DNA of 64,000 nucleotides from an uncultured Clostridium sp. GTDB lineage: Bacteria > Bacillota > Clostridia > TANB77 > CAG-508. Under the pieces are notes generated by a model. The model searched no databases. It was given only the letters and a program-made list of their open reading frames with translations, and was not told the origin of the DNA. The stretch covers positions 13,144-77,143 of the forward strand of contig CAOKMF010000003.1 in NCBI GenBank assembly GCA_948469655.1, given 5' to 3'. Shown piece after piece: positions 10,606-22,399 of the stretch (position 1 is its first letter; each line of letters starts with the position of its first letter). A program made the position numbers and the translations under genes.

Positions 10606-13056
10606 TTATTTACTTTCTTCTTCGTCTATTTTTTCTTCTGATATTTTCTCTATACTAACTACTCTGCCCTCGTTAGTTCTCATTAGTGTTACACCCTGTG
10701 TTGGTCTTCCTAATATACTTATTTCTGATACGTTTATTCTTATAATTGTTCCTGTGTCAGTTACAAGCATTACATCATCGTCTTCGTCTACTAACTCTAC
10801 TCCTATTACTTTTCCAGTTCTAGGTGTGATTTTATATGTTATAACACCTTTTCCTGCTCTTATTTGTACTCTATATTCATCAAGTTCTGTTCTCTTACCG
10901 AATCCGTTTTCAGTAATTGTAAGTAGTGTTTGTTTGCTTCCTGCAACTATTGATTGCATTCCTATTACTTCGTCGTCTTTATTTAGCTTTATTCCTATAA
11001 CTCCTTGAGATACTCTTCCCATTGGTCTTACATCTTTTTCGTCAAATGTTATACATAGTCCTTCTTTTGTTACCATTACAACATTGTCTTCTCCGTCTGT
11101 AAGTTTTACTTCGATTAGCTCGTCGTCATCTTTTAGAGCTATTCCTTGAAGTCCTGTTTTTCTTGTAGAGTCGTATTCTGCAAGTGGTGTTTTCTTTATA
11201 ATACCGTTCTTTGTAGCCATAAGTAGATATTTACCATCTGCAAAGTTTTGAATAGGAATAATTGCTGAAACCTTTTCTCCTGCATCTAGACTTAAAAGAT
11301 TTACTATTGCTGTTCCTTTCGCTGTTCTTCCGAGCTTCTGGAATTTCGTATCCTCTTAATCTATATAATTTTCCTTTATTACTGAAGAACATTATTGTAT
11401 CGTGAGTCGAAGCTGTAAATATTTTCTTTACAAAGTCTTCTTCTCTTGTTGTCATTCCTGTTATTCCTTTTCCGCCTCTTTTTTGACTCTTATATGTGTC
11501 TATTGGCATCCTCTTTATATATCCAAAGTGGCTTAAAGTAATAACTGTTTCTTCTTCTTTGATTAATGCTTCTTCATCTAATTCTCCTTGTCCTGCAACT
11601 ATTTTTGTCTTTCTATCGTCTCCATATTTTTCTTTTACTTCAAGTAGTTCTTCTTTTATTATATCAAAGACTAATTTTTCACTTGCAAGGACTGCCTTTA
11701 AATGTTCAATAAGTTTCATTAATTCATTGTATTCTTCTTCTATTTTTTCTCTTTGCAATCCTGATAAAGTTTTTAATCTCATGTCCAAAATTGCTTGTGC
11801 TTGAATATCTGTGAAGCCAAATCTTTCCATTAATCTTTCTTTTGGATCGTCATAAGAACCCCTAATTATTTTTATTACTTCGTCAATGTTGTCTATTGCT
11901 ATTTTTAGTCCTTCTAATATATGAGCTCTTGCTTCTGCTTTATCAAGTTCAAATTTAGTTCTACGAACTACTACTTCTTTTCTATGGTCAATGAAACATT
12001 CTAAGCATTGTTTTAATGTTAATATTCTTGGAACTCCTTTAACTAATGCAAGTATTATTGCTCCAAATGTTTCTTGCATTTGTGTGAATTTATATAATCT
12101 ATTCAATATAACTTGTGCATTTGCTTCTCTTTTTAGTTCAACAACTAATCTTACATTAGCATTTCTATCTGACTCATCTCTTATTGCAGAAATTCCTTCT
12201 ATCTTTTTGTCTCTAACTAATTCATCTATATGCTTATGAAGTCTTGCTTTATTTACCTGATATGGAAGTGATGTTATAACTATTCTTTGCCTATTTCCTG
12301 CCATTTCTTCTATTTCTGCTTCAGCTCTCATTATGATTTTTCCCCTACCTGTTGTATATGCTTCTTTTATTCCTTCTCTTCCAAGTATTGTAGCACCTGT
12401 TGGGAAGTCTGGTCCCTTTATGATTTTCATTAGGTCTTCATTTGTTACTTCATCATCATCAATTACTTTAATTAAACCGGTCTACTACTTCTGATAAGTT
12501 ATGTGGCGGAATATTTGTTGCCATTCCAACTGCAATTCCAGAAGAACCATTAAGCAAAAGTGCTGGAAGTCTTGCAGGTAATACGCTTGGTTCTTGTAAT
12601 CTATCATCATAGTTTGGTACAAAATCTACTGTATTTTTTTCTATATCTGTCATCATGTAGTTTGCAATTTTTGACATCCTTGCTTCCGTATACCTCATGG
12701 CTGCTGCTGGATCTCCGTCGATAGACCCAAAGTTTCCATGTCCGTCAATTAATGGGTATCTTAAACTAAAGGTTTGTGCCATTCTTACCATTGCATCATA
12801 TACTGCTGCATCTCCATGTGGGTGATATCTACCCAAAACTGAACCTACTGTATTTGCGCATTTTCTATATGGCTTGTCCGATGTAATTCCATCTTCATGC
12901 ATTGAATATAGAATTCTTCTATGTACAGGTTTTAGTCCGGTCTCTTGCGTCTGGCAAAGCACGTGCAACTATAACGCTCATGGCATAGTCGATATAGGCT
13001 GTTTTCATTTCTTTTTCAATGTCTCTTTCAATTATTGTTTCGTCTGGTCTGTCCAT
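10606..13056 (-). CDS. gyrA: DNA gyrase subunit A; three CGG +1 events
   Basis: Plus-strand CCG at 12937-12939 ([20 protein letters not shown]), 12477-12479 ([17 protein letters not shown]) and 11330-11332 ([20 protein letters not shown]). Length 2451-3=2448 nt. Confidence 0.97.
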
Positions 13057-13150
13057 TTTTTCACATTCCTTCCTTTTTATCCTACGGATATTATACTAAA
13101 AGGGAAAATTTTTTGCAAGAGTTTCGTTTACGTAATTTTAGAGAAAATAC

Positions 13151-13918
13151 TTAAATTACTTGTGCAAGATTTAATTCTTCTTCGGTTATATTATCAAGTG
13201 TTCCACCTTTGTTTTTTATTAGAGTTTGTATGTTTTCGATATATCTTGCTTGTTTTAAAGTACTTTCAAGTGGAATAAGTGAATCAAGTTTTTTCGTGAT
13301 TTTAGTGTATTCTCTTTTCATGCCTGCCAAATCTTTTTGCTCTAAGCATGAGTTCCAGTTATTAATGTACTTTCCAACTTTTTCTATGCCGTCTACTTGG
13401 GACATAAAATCTTCTTCGATTTTACTTGAAATACATTCTTTAACTACATTCTTACTTTTCTTTATAAGTTTTGCTGTTGAAGCTTTAATCAAGTTATTAT
13501 CCTGTGCAGCTTTTACTGCATTATCTACGGCTTTTGATGCACTATCGATTATTCCTCCTGATTTAACTGCATTATATGCTTGTGAGACTGTATCAAATTT
13601 TCCTGTAAATATCCCTGTTATGCTTTTTCCAATATTTTTTGCTGAATTAATAGCAGTTTTTATTCCTTCCTTAAAGCCATCATTTATTATTACATTTTTT
13701 ATTCCTATCACTTCATTTTCTATCGCATTTGGAAGTATTGCTCTTAATGCTACATCAAGCCCTGTATTTACTATTTTCCCAAAAGTTCCTTCTAAAAATT
13801 TATTTTGTTTTTCTTCTATTGTGACTTCCCCAAGTTCAGTACTGAAGCCATTTCCAAGTTCTTTGCTTTCTTCGTTTTTAATCTCTTCTTTTTGTTCTAT
13901 TTCTTTTTCCATTTCCAT
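13151..13918 (-). CDS. hypothetical soluble protein (Glu/Lys-rich N-terminus)
   Basis: Intact 255-codon ORF with no in-frame CGG. Lies between gyrA and T4SS-like genes. Confidence 0.5.
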   Translation of the reverse strand: MEMEKEIEQKEEIKNEESKELGNGFSTELGEVTIEEKQNKFLEGTFGKIVNTGLDVALRAILPNAIENEVIGIKNVIINDGFKEGIKTAINSAKNIGKSITGIFTGKFDTVSQAYNAVKSGGIIDSASKAVDNAVKAAQDNNLIKASTAKLIKKSKNVVKECISSKIEEDFMSQVDGIEKVGKYINNWNSCLEQKDLAGMKREYTKITKKLDSLIPLESTLKQARYIENIQTLIKNKGGTLDNITEEELNLAQVI

Positions 13919-13956
13919 TTATGTTTCCTCCTATACTTTACATATTTATTTTACGT

Positions 13957-15160
13957 CTACATTGTTTTTATAAGTTTCGCAAATTCATCTTTTATATTTT
14001 TATTTATATATAGCGTCTTTACGCTTTTATTTATTATTTTGTTATAGCTGTTATCGTAGTTTAATTTCCCAATTATTCTAAATTTCAAAAATACTATCTT
14101 TAAAATTTTCATGCTTAATGTGTATTTATTTTTCTTGTTGTACACAAGTTTAATTTTTTTGTTTATGCCATCGTATTCTTTTAAAAGATTGAGTGTTTTT
14201 CTAATATTTACGATGTTACCCTCAATTAGACAGATAACTTTATCGCTTAGCTCAGCCAAGATTTTTGTAAGTTCTTTATATTTTGTATCAGAACTTGTGT
14301 CTATTAAGATTAAGTCGTAATTTTTTATTAACTCTTCTAACATGCTTTTTATTCTCTCTTCTTTTGCGATATATGTTTTATCAAAAATAATATTTGTTTT
14401 TGATATAAGGTCTATCCTTCTATCTACTCTTGTTTTTAGTTTTAATATGTTGCTTTCTTTTAGTTTAAATTCATTTAAAAATTCTTCATCTTTTATTTTT
14501 TCTTTCATTTCTCTTGAGATTTGCTTTACTCCGAAAACTGAGTGAAGGTTGCCTGCGATTAAATCAAAATCAATGATTAGTATTTTCTTTTTTGAAATAA
14601 GTTTTGAAAGCACTGAAATAAATGTTGTTTTGCCGAACTCCTGAACTTCCAATTATTGTTATAATTTGTTTTTGATTTGTCTTAAAGCTCCTTTCTTTGT
14701 ATCTCCTTTTTCTATGTGTATTTTCATTGATTTCTACCTTCTCGTTATTTACCATTTGCTCATTTTTCTTTTCTATATGTTTGTCTATACTAGTTTCATT
14801 TTTTTGTTTTATGTAATTTTCCTTTTCTAAATATTTTGTAATTTCTTTTACATAATCTTTTTGCTTGTCTACTACTTTTACTATTTGTTTTATTCCTTCG
14901 AAAGCTTCGATTCTTTCTGTAATTACTACTATTTCAATATTCTCCTTTGCAATTATTATGTTTTTTATTAGTTCTTTTATTCCTATATTTCCTATTATAT
15001 CTTCTTTTATAATCACCAAATTTATATCTGGATATTTGTCTAAAGCTTCTATTATTCCTTCCATGTATATAATGTCTGCAGTTTTTATCTCTATCCCTTC
15101 TACTTCTTTTAGTATTTCATTTAATTCTTTATCCCCTATTGCTGTTATAACATTTTTCAT
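13957..15160 (-). CDS. CpaE/TadZ/ParA-like P-loop ATPase with an N-terminal receiver-like domain; one CGG +1 event
   Basis: ORFs 14570-15160 and 13957-14652 join at plus-strand CCG 14633-14635 (IIGSSGV-G-KTTFISVLSKL, Walker A). Length 1204-1=1203 nt. Confidence 0.75.
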
Positions 15161-15161
15161 T

Positions 15162-16977
15162 TTAAGTTATTAGCTCCTTTTCAAATTCGTCTGATTCTAT
15201 TTTTGTAAGTATATGATCATCTCCGAACAAACATTAGACACTCGCCCCTTTTAAGCGTTTTTATTTCTATTTTCTCTTTTTCTGATAAGTTTGAGTATTC
15301 ACATAATATTTTTATGTTTTCTTCTTCAAGTGAGAAGAATGTTTTGATACTTGAATTATTTAATATGCTTTTTCCATATGTTCCGGTTTTCTAAACTAAA
15401 AAGATCTGATACATCTTGAGTTATCGCAACAGCACTTCCGCCATATTTTCTTATTGTTTTAAATATTTTATATATAAAACTTGCAACATATTTATTCGAA
15501 GTAACTCCGATTAGTCTCCAAATTTCATCAAGGTAAATTGCTTTTTTTGTGTTTCTATCTGACTTTATTTTGTCCCAGAAAAGTTCAGTAAATATATACA
15601 TTCCGATATTTTATATTTTCTTCTCCGAAGTTCATATATGTCTGCAACTATTAGTTTGTTTTCTAGTTTAACATTTGTATATTGGTTTAGAAATTTTAAC
15701 GAGCCTTTTATAAATGGGATTAGCTTTATTTTGAAAATCTTGGTTTTTTCTGTTTCTTCTAAAATATTATATAGGTCTTCAAGTATTGGCATGTCTTCGC
15801 TTTCTTTAAATATCTTTTGACCATTCCTTTCTTTGTATAAAGTATCATCATCAAATGTTATTCCTTTTAATTTATAGCATTCTATTAGTTTTTCTTCTAA
15901 TATTGCCTTTTCTTCTTCGTCCATTTCTCCGAATATAAGATTAAAAAAGCCTATTAGTTTACCGAAGTTTTGTGGTTAGATACCCTTTTTCTGCGTCTTC
16001 TATGCTTTCTTTTCTTATGTCGAGTACATTTATAAAAGTACTCGAAGTCGGTCCAATCTTGATTAATGTTCCATCTAAGTTTTCGCATATGTTTATATAT
16101 TCCCTTTCTGGATCTATTATATATTGTTCTATCCCAAGCAATCTATTTCTAAGTATTGTGAGTTTTGTGTAGTATGATTTTCCGTGCTCCACTTGTCCCA
16201 AATATGCATATATTTGCATTTTTATATTTTCTTGTATTGTATTTATCTATGAATACTAAGGAATCATTATATATATTTGTCCCAATAAATATCCCATTTT
16301 CGTCGAAAATTGAAGATGATATAAATGGATATGTTGATATCAGTCCACTTGTTAGAATATTTCTTTTTGCTACATTTTTTATTTCATTATGATTTATCAT
16401 AAGTGGCAGTGTTGATAAAAAACCCTGTTTTTCTCTAAAATATGCTCTTCTTGTTCCGAATTCCTTTGCTTTGTGAAATGCCTTCTACTTTATTTATCAA
16501 ATATTCTAATTCTTTTTTGTCTTTAGAAAATACTGTTAGATAAATATACACATAATATATTTCTTCGCCATTTACTTGCATTTCTCTTCTTATGTATTTT
16601 GCATCATTGTAACTAAATGCAGCTATGTCTATATCTTGTTTATTCTGATTTCCTTCTTTAAGTTCTACTCCTACATTTCCTATGTGATATGTTAAATCTC
16701 TTATTGTTTTATAGCTATCTTGTTTTTCGTAAAATATTGATATATTTATGTTTATGTTTGTATCAATTAGAGTTTTTAATATAAGGTCTTCTTGCTCCCT
16801 ATAATAATTAACACAGATTAATGTAGAATAATACATCTCATCTACTTCAATGAATTTTGGGTTGTTTAGGTTTATGTATGAAGGTGAAATAAAATCTTTA
16901 TCCGAAAACGCTCCTTGTTTAAACTTAAATTCTTCTTGTTTTTCTTTATTTTCTTTTTTTATATTTAATATTTTTAT
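15162..16977 (-). CDS. VirB4/TcpF-like type IV secretion ATPase (C-terminal about 600 codons); seven CGG +1 events; start codon uncertain
   Basis: Plus-strand CCG at 16456, 16182 (FGTSGA-G-KSYYTKL, Walker A), 15962, 15625, 15603, 15383 and 15223 (RGECLMFV-G-DDHIL). LDEIWRLIG Walker B-like motif. Length 1816-7=1809 nt. An AAGGAGG RBS is present, but only ATA or ATT codons are available near 16977. Confidence 0.8.
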
Positions 16978-16996
16978 TTTATATTACCTCCTTATT

Positions 16997-17571
16997 TTAA
17001 GACATGAAACTCTTTCTAGTACTAAAAAATGTAAATAAAATCTTTTTTAATTCTTCTTTATCTGTTATTTCATATGCCATATTTCCACATCTTGATAAAC
17101 ATTCTTTTATTTTAAAGAAATTTTCATTTAATTCAGATATTGCAATAGTTTCTCCGTTTTCCCTTAATTCCTGATTTGCCATAGTTTTTATAGCAATATA
17201 GAAATTTTTTGAAGAAGATTTCTTTTCATTATTTAATTTTGTTATTAACTCTATATATTTTTTTGAAATTTTTAAAAGATTTAAATTGTTTTCTTGGTTT
17301 ATTGATTCTTTAATTTTTGAAATATGCTTTGATAAATCTGATTTACTACTTTGAATTATTATTTGAATATCAAAATTGCAAGTTTTTAAAAGTGTTTTGT
17401 ATGAATTTAATATTCCGCTCTTTTTCTAAGTCTGACTTTAAATTATAGTTTATGGGAATGGTATTTATGATTTTAACAAATTCTCCGGTTCTTTAGCTTG
17501 ATAATTCCTTTTTCTAAAATGCTATCCAAAGGAAGCCATTCTTGCAAGGATATTTCTTCTTGTTTTGGCAT
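16997..17571 (-). CDS. VirB4 N-terminal-domain-like protein; two CGG +1 events
   Basis: AAGGAG RBS and ATG at 17569-17571. Plus-strand CCG at 17485-17487 (GIIKLKN-G-EFVKIINTIPINY) and 17415-17417 (DLEKE-G-ILNSYKTLL). Length 575-2=573 nt. Confidence 0.65.
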
Positions 17572-17785
17572 TAATTTTCTCCTTATTTAATTTTAAAATT
17601 TAGTGATTTTTAATCTTAGAAATTAAGATTTTTGAATTACAAATTTTTATGAATTATAATTTTCTACTTATGTTTATACAATTTTTATTTTGTTTTGTCA
17701 AGAAAAATTTTTCGACAAAATTCGAGTTTTGTAGCTTTTCTTTAACAGGAGAAGGCAAGGAGATTAGATTCTCCTTGCCTTTTTT

Positions 17786-18628
17786 TTACTTATCCCAGTA
17801 TCTGTAGAACATATGACCACCAATCTGAACTTTTACTTTTACATTTTCTCTTCCAGCACATCCAGGTGCACAAAAGTATGTAGCTCCGCCTTCCCAGTAT
17901 TTGCTATCTGTAATTCCAAGTCTTTCGGCTTCTGCTTTTAAAATGCTTTCTGTGTAATCATTTCTAAATGCCTCATCTACTGCGTCTTTTATGCTTTGAG
18001 AAACATTAGATATTTCTACAGGTTTTCCTTCATTGTAAACTACGCCGTCTATAATTGAAGCATATCTACCAGATTTGAATTCTTGCATCAAACTTGAGTA
18101 TCCTTTTTCTTTCATATTGCTTATTGAAGCATTGATAACTAAAGTTTGACCCATAGAACTTTCAATTCCGGCTTCTGCAAAAGCGACTTTATATGCCATT
18201 TCTCTTTCTTCTGCTGTTGGATTATAATTTATGGCTTTTGCCACCTTTATATCCGATGCAGATAAAATGGTCATGCTTGGCTTTGCAGTTTCTGTTACTT
18301 CTTCTGACATTTCTGTTTCTTTGATTTCTGCTCTTTCTTCTGTTTCCTCAAAACTTTCCGTGTTTTCTTCTACTTCAAGTACTTCTACTACTTTTGGTTC
18401 GATTGTAACTGGCTCTTCAGTATGGAGTTTTCTTTCAATTATGTTGGTTATTTGAGTCATTCTCAAATTGCTTTCTAAGTTCTCAATCTCCATGTTTCCA
18501 TGTAATGCATAAACCATTACTGAAAACACAAAAGCGACTACTACAACCGAAAGCACTTTTTCTAAATTCCGTAAAATAAATTCTCCTACAGTCTCCCTGT
18601 AATCATAATACTCTACCATTCTTCCCAT
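17786..18628 (-). CDS. membrane-anchored cell-wall hydrolase (SleB/Hydrolase_2-type, VirB1-like role); has an in-frame CGG at codon 20 with no shift needed
   Basis: AAAGGAGAGAG RBS, N-terminal TM segment and a C-terminal Hydrolase_2-like domain (..AEAGIESSMGQTLVINASISN..GGATYFCAPG). Plus-strand CCG at 18569-18571. Confidence 0.7.
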   Translation of the reverse strand: MGRMVEYYDYRETVGEFILRNLEKVLSVVVVAFVFSVMVYALHGNMEIENLESNLRMTQITNIIERKLHTEEPVTIEPKVVEVLEVEENTESFEETEERAEIKETEMSEEVTETAKPSMTILSASDIKVAKAINYNPTAEEREMAYKVAFAEAGIESSMGQTLVINASISNMKEKGYSSLMQEFKSGRYASIIDGVVYNEGKPVEISNVSQSIKDAVDEAFRNDYTESILKAEAERLGITDSKYWEGGATYFCAPGCAGRENVKVKVQIGGHMFYRYWDK

Positions 18629-19183
18629 TTGTCTCTCTCCTTTTCAAACGCCAAATATGGCTTTTTTTACTTTTTGCTTTTGTTTAAAACCTATCTTTAT
18701 TATACCACATTTAACATAAAGTATCAACTTTTTGGCTTATTCTGATTTTTTGTCAAATTTTAGCTTAAATATTTTTTTTATTTTTGCTAACAATATTATT
18801 ATAAAATTAATATTAGTTGGACTAAGAGCAATATGAGGTTTGTTTTAGAGCTTTATATTGTTCGTGCAAAGGTGAAATATAGCTTTGCTTTTAGGTTATA
18901 TTTTGCCGGCGATGAGAGTGTATCCTTTGTATGTAAGCTACATTTTTATTTTTTGTTTTTATATGTGGCTAAATTATATAGGATACATTCGAAGTTAAGA
19001 TTATATTTATATCTTATAGTTCGTGTTATTAGTCCCTCGTTTTGGATGAATATATGTACTATGGGTGTACTTATAGTCGAGCGAAAGATTAATGTATTTG
19101 GCTGATTGTTTAGTTATATAGCGATATATATTAAATGAAAAAGCTTGGTATATTAGTTCTAGCCTAAGATTAATATTAGTTTT

Positions 19184-19226
19184 ATAGAGCTAATACTTAA
19201 GAAGAGGATCTTAAGTATTAGCTCTA
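19184..19226. terminator. intrinsic terminator downstream of gyrB
   Basis: 18-bp hairpin ATAGAGCTAATACTTAAG..CTTAAGTATTAGCTCTAT followed by a T run. Confidence 0.7.
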
Positions 19227-19243
19227 TCTTTTTTATTATTTTT

Positions 19244-21232
19244 TTATATATCTAAGTTCTTTACATATTTTGCATTTTCTTCTATAAATTGTCTTCTTGG
19301 TTCAATTTCGTCTCCCATAAGAAGTGTAAATGTTTCGTCTGCTTTCATTGCATCATCTAATTTTACTTTTACAAGTATTCTTCTTTCTGGATCCATTGTT
19401 GTTTCCCAAAGTTGGTCAGGATTCATTTCTCCAAGACCTTTATATCTTTGTATACTTACTGTGTCTCTTGCTACTCCTCTTTCTTCTAGTATTTTAAATG
19501 CACCTGACATATCGTCTTCATACCAGTAAAGGTCTTCCATACCTTTTTTAGAGAATTTATATAATGGTGGTTGTGCTAAATATACATTTCCATTTTCTAT
19601 TAATGGACGCATATATCTAAAGAAAAATGTTAAAAGTAATGTTCTAATATGTGCTCCGTCGACGTCAGCATCAGCCATTATTATTACTTTTCCATATCTT
19701 ATTTTTGTGATATCAAAATCTGCACCTATTCCTGCTCCTATTGCAAGTATTACTGGTTGAAGTTTGTCATTTCCATATATTTTATCTGCTCTAGATTTTT
19801 CAACATTAAGCATTTTTCCCCATAATGGAAGAATTGCTTGGAATTTTCTATCTCTTCCTTGTTTTGCACTTCCTCCTGCTGAATCTCCCTCGACTATGTA
19901 TACTTCACATTCATCTGGGTCTTTACTACTACAATCTGCTAGCTTTCCGTGGAAGTGTTGAGCCTTCCATTGAGTTTTTCTTTCTAACTAATTCTCTAGC
20001 CTTTCTTGCTGCTTCTCTTGCTCTAAATGCGCTTATACATTTTTCTAGTATTGCTTTTGCAACATTTGGGTTTTCTTCCAAAAATGCTCCTAATGCGTCA
20101 CTTACTGCATTTAAAACTATTCCTGTAACATTACTATTTCCAAGTTTTGTTTTAGTTTGTCCTTCAAATTGGGGTTCTTTTACTTTTACTGATACAACTG
20201 CTGTCATTCCTTCCCTTATATCTTCTCCAACTAAATTCATGTCTTTTTCTTTTAAAATATTGTGAGATCTTGCATACTCATTAAATACTTTTGTTACTGC
20301 TCTTTTAAAACCTTCTAAGTGTGTTCCACCTTCTATTGTATTTACATTATTAACAAATGTATATATATTTTCAGAATATGCTGTTGTATATTGAATTGCA
20401 ATTTCTATTGGAACTTCTCCATCCTTTTCAATATAAATTGGCATTGGATGTATTTTTTCTTTATTTTTGTTTAAATATTCAACAAATGAATTTAATCCAC
20501 CTTCAAAACAAAATTCTGCTTTCTTTATTTTTGATTTTTTTTCTGTCTCTTCGCTTCCTTCTTCATTTTCAGCTTCATCTTCTATTTCTTCAGCTTTTCT
20601 TTTATCTTCTATTGTTATTCTTAAACCTTTTGTTAAAAATGCTACTTCTCTTAATCTTTTTTCAAGTACTTCATATTCATATTGAAGTGTCTCAAATATT
20701 GTATCATCTGCTAAGAATCTTACTGTTGTTCCTGTTTTGTCAGAATCTCCTACTCTTTCAAGTGGCTTTACTGTTTTACCTCTTTCAAATGACATTTGAT
20801 ATTTTCCGACCGTCTCTTTCGATTGTAACTTCTGTCCATTCAGATAAAGCATTTACAACAGATGATCCAACTCCATGAAGACCACCTGACACTTTATATC
20901 CACTATCTCCACCAAATTTTCCTCCAGCATGAAGTATTGTATAAACAGTTTCAGCAGCAGATATTCCTGTCTTTTCATGTTTTTCTACTGGTATTCCTCT
21001 TCCGTCATCTTTAACACATATTATATTTCCTTCTTCTATTGTTACATTTATATTTTTACAATATCCTGCTAATGCTTCATCAACACTATTATCTACTATT
21101 TCATAAACTAGGTGATGCAAACCTCTTATAGATACACTTCCTATGTACATTCCGTGGTCTCTTTCTTACTGCTTCTAGTCCCTCTAATACTTGTATTTGG
21201 TCTGCTCCATATTCATGATTTACCTTTTCCAT
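19244..21232 (-). CDS. gyrB: DNA gyrase subunit B; three CGG +1 events
   Basis: Plus-strand CCG at 21152-21154 (VRKRP-G-MYIGS), 20806-20808 ([14 protein letters not shown]) and 19947-19949 ([38 protein letters not shown]). Length 1989-3=1986 nt. Confidence 0.97.
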
Positions 21233-21311
21233 TGTTTATCATTCCTTTCTAAGTTGTGACTTTTGTTTTTTTCCTAAATCTTATACATTATAATATTGTT
21301 TTTTAAAAAAA

Positions 21312-22385
21312 TCAAATGTTTTTTATACTTCCGATTTTCTACAAAAAATGTTTTTTTGTTTTCATTTTTTAATTCTAATTTATCTGTACAAGTAATTATT
21401 ACTTGAGTATCTTTTACATCTTCTAAAAAATTTTCTCTTCTTTCTTTATCAAGTTCTGACATAAAATCATCTAGTAATAAAATTGGATTTTCCTCTACAT
21501 CTTCTTTTATTATTTCTAATTCACTAAGTTTTATAGATAAAATTGCACTTCTATGTTGTCCTTGAGAACCATATATTCCGGAGTTCTTTACCATTTATAT
21601 ATAATTTCAAATCATCTCTGTGTATTCCGAACTCCTGAAAATCCTCTTATTATATCTATTTTTCTATGTTTTTTTATTTTTTCTATAAACTCTTCTTTAC
21701 TTGTAAAATCAGTAATATACTCTATTTGTATTTCTTCTTTGTTGTTAGTTACTTTTTCATGTATTTTTACGATTTTTTGTATTATCTTTTCTACAAATTC
21801 TTTTCTATAAGAACTCACAATCTCTGCATATTCTGCTAATTTTTCTTCCCATATTTCAAGCATTTCTGCAGACTTATTTTCATATTTTATTTGTTTTAAA
21901 TAATTATTTCTTTGTTCTAATACTTTGTTATACATTGTCAGATTATATATATAAGAGGGTCTTAACTGACTTATCATTACATCTAAAATCTTTCTTCTTT
22001 TAGATGGACCTTCTTTGAATATATTTATATCATCAGGATTAAATAAAACAACATTAATATTTCCTAAGACTTCACTCATTTTTTTTATTTTTATATCATT
22101 TACAGAAATAATTTTTTTTTCAGATATACTTACACTTATTTTTCCTTCTCTGTCCTTTTTTTCGTATTCTACGCTTGCTGTTAAAAATCTCTTATCCTCT
22201 TTTACTAATTCTTTATCTCTATTTGTCCTATACGATTTACCTATTGCACATAAATAAATTGCTTCTAATAGATTTGTTTTTCCTTGTGCGTTATTTCCAT
22301 AAAATATATTTATGTTGTTGTTTAATTCTACTTCTTGTTCTTCATAATTCCTGAAATTATTGAGTTTTATCTTACTTATATGCAT
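21312..22385 (-). CDS. recF: DNA replication/repair protein RecF; three CGG +1 events
   Basis: Walker A GNNAQGKTNLLEA. Plus-strand CCG at 21627-21629 (FSGV-G-IHRDDL), 21578-21580 (NGKEL-G-IYGSQGQHRS) and 21331-21333 (FFVEN-G-SIKNI stop). Length 1074-3=1071 nt. Confidence 0.93.
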
Positions 22386-22399
22386 ATAAATTCCTCTTT

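Noticed and set aside
17752-17785. The hairpin AGGCAAGGAG..CTCCTTGCCT plus a T run could be the terminator of the hydrolase gene.
   Set aside because: The T run is on the plus strand, where no upstream plus-strand gene exists. On the minus strand, the sequence after the hairpin is not U-rich. The function is unclear, so it is not listed as a confident terminator.
18842-18852. GTTTTAGAGCT resembles the start of type II-A CRISPR repeats.
   Set aside because: It is a single occurrence with no repeat-spacer periodicity and no cas genes in the window. The putative anti-repeat pairing fails when checked by hand, so it is a chance match.
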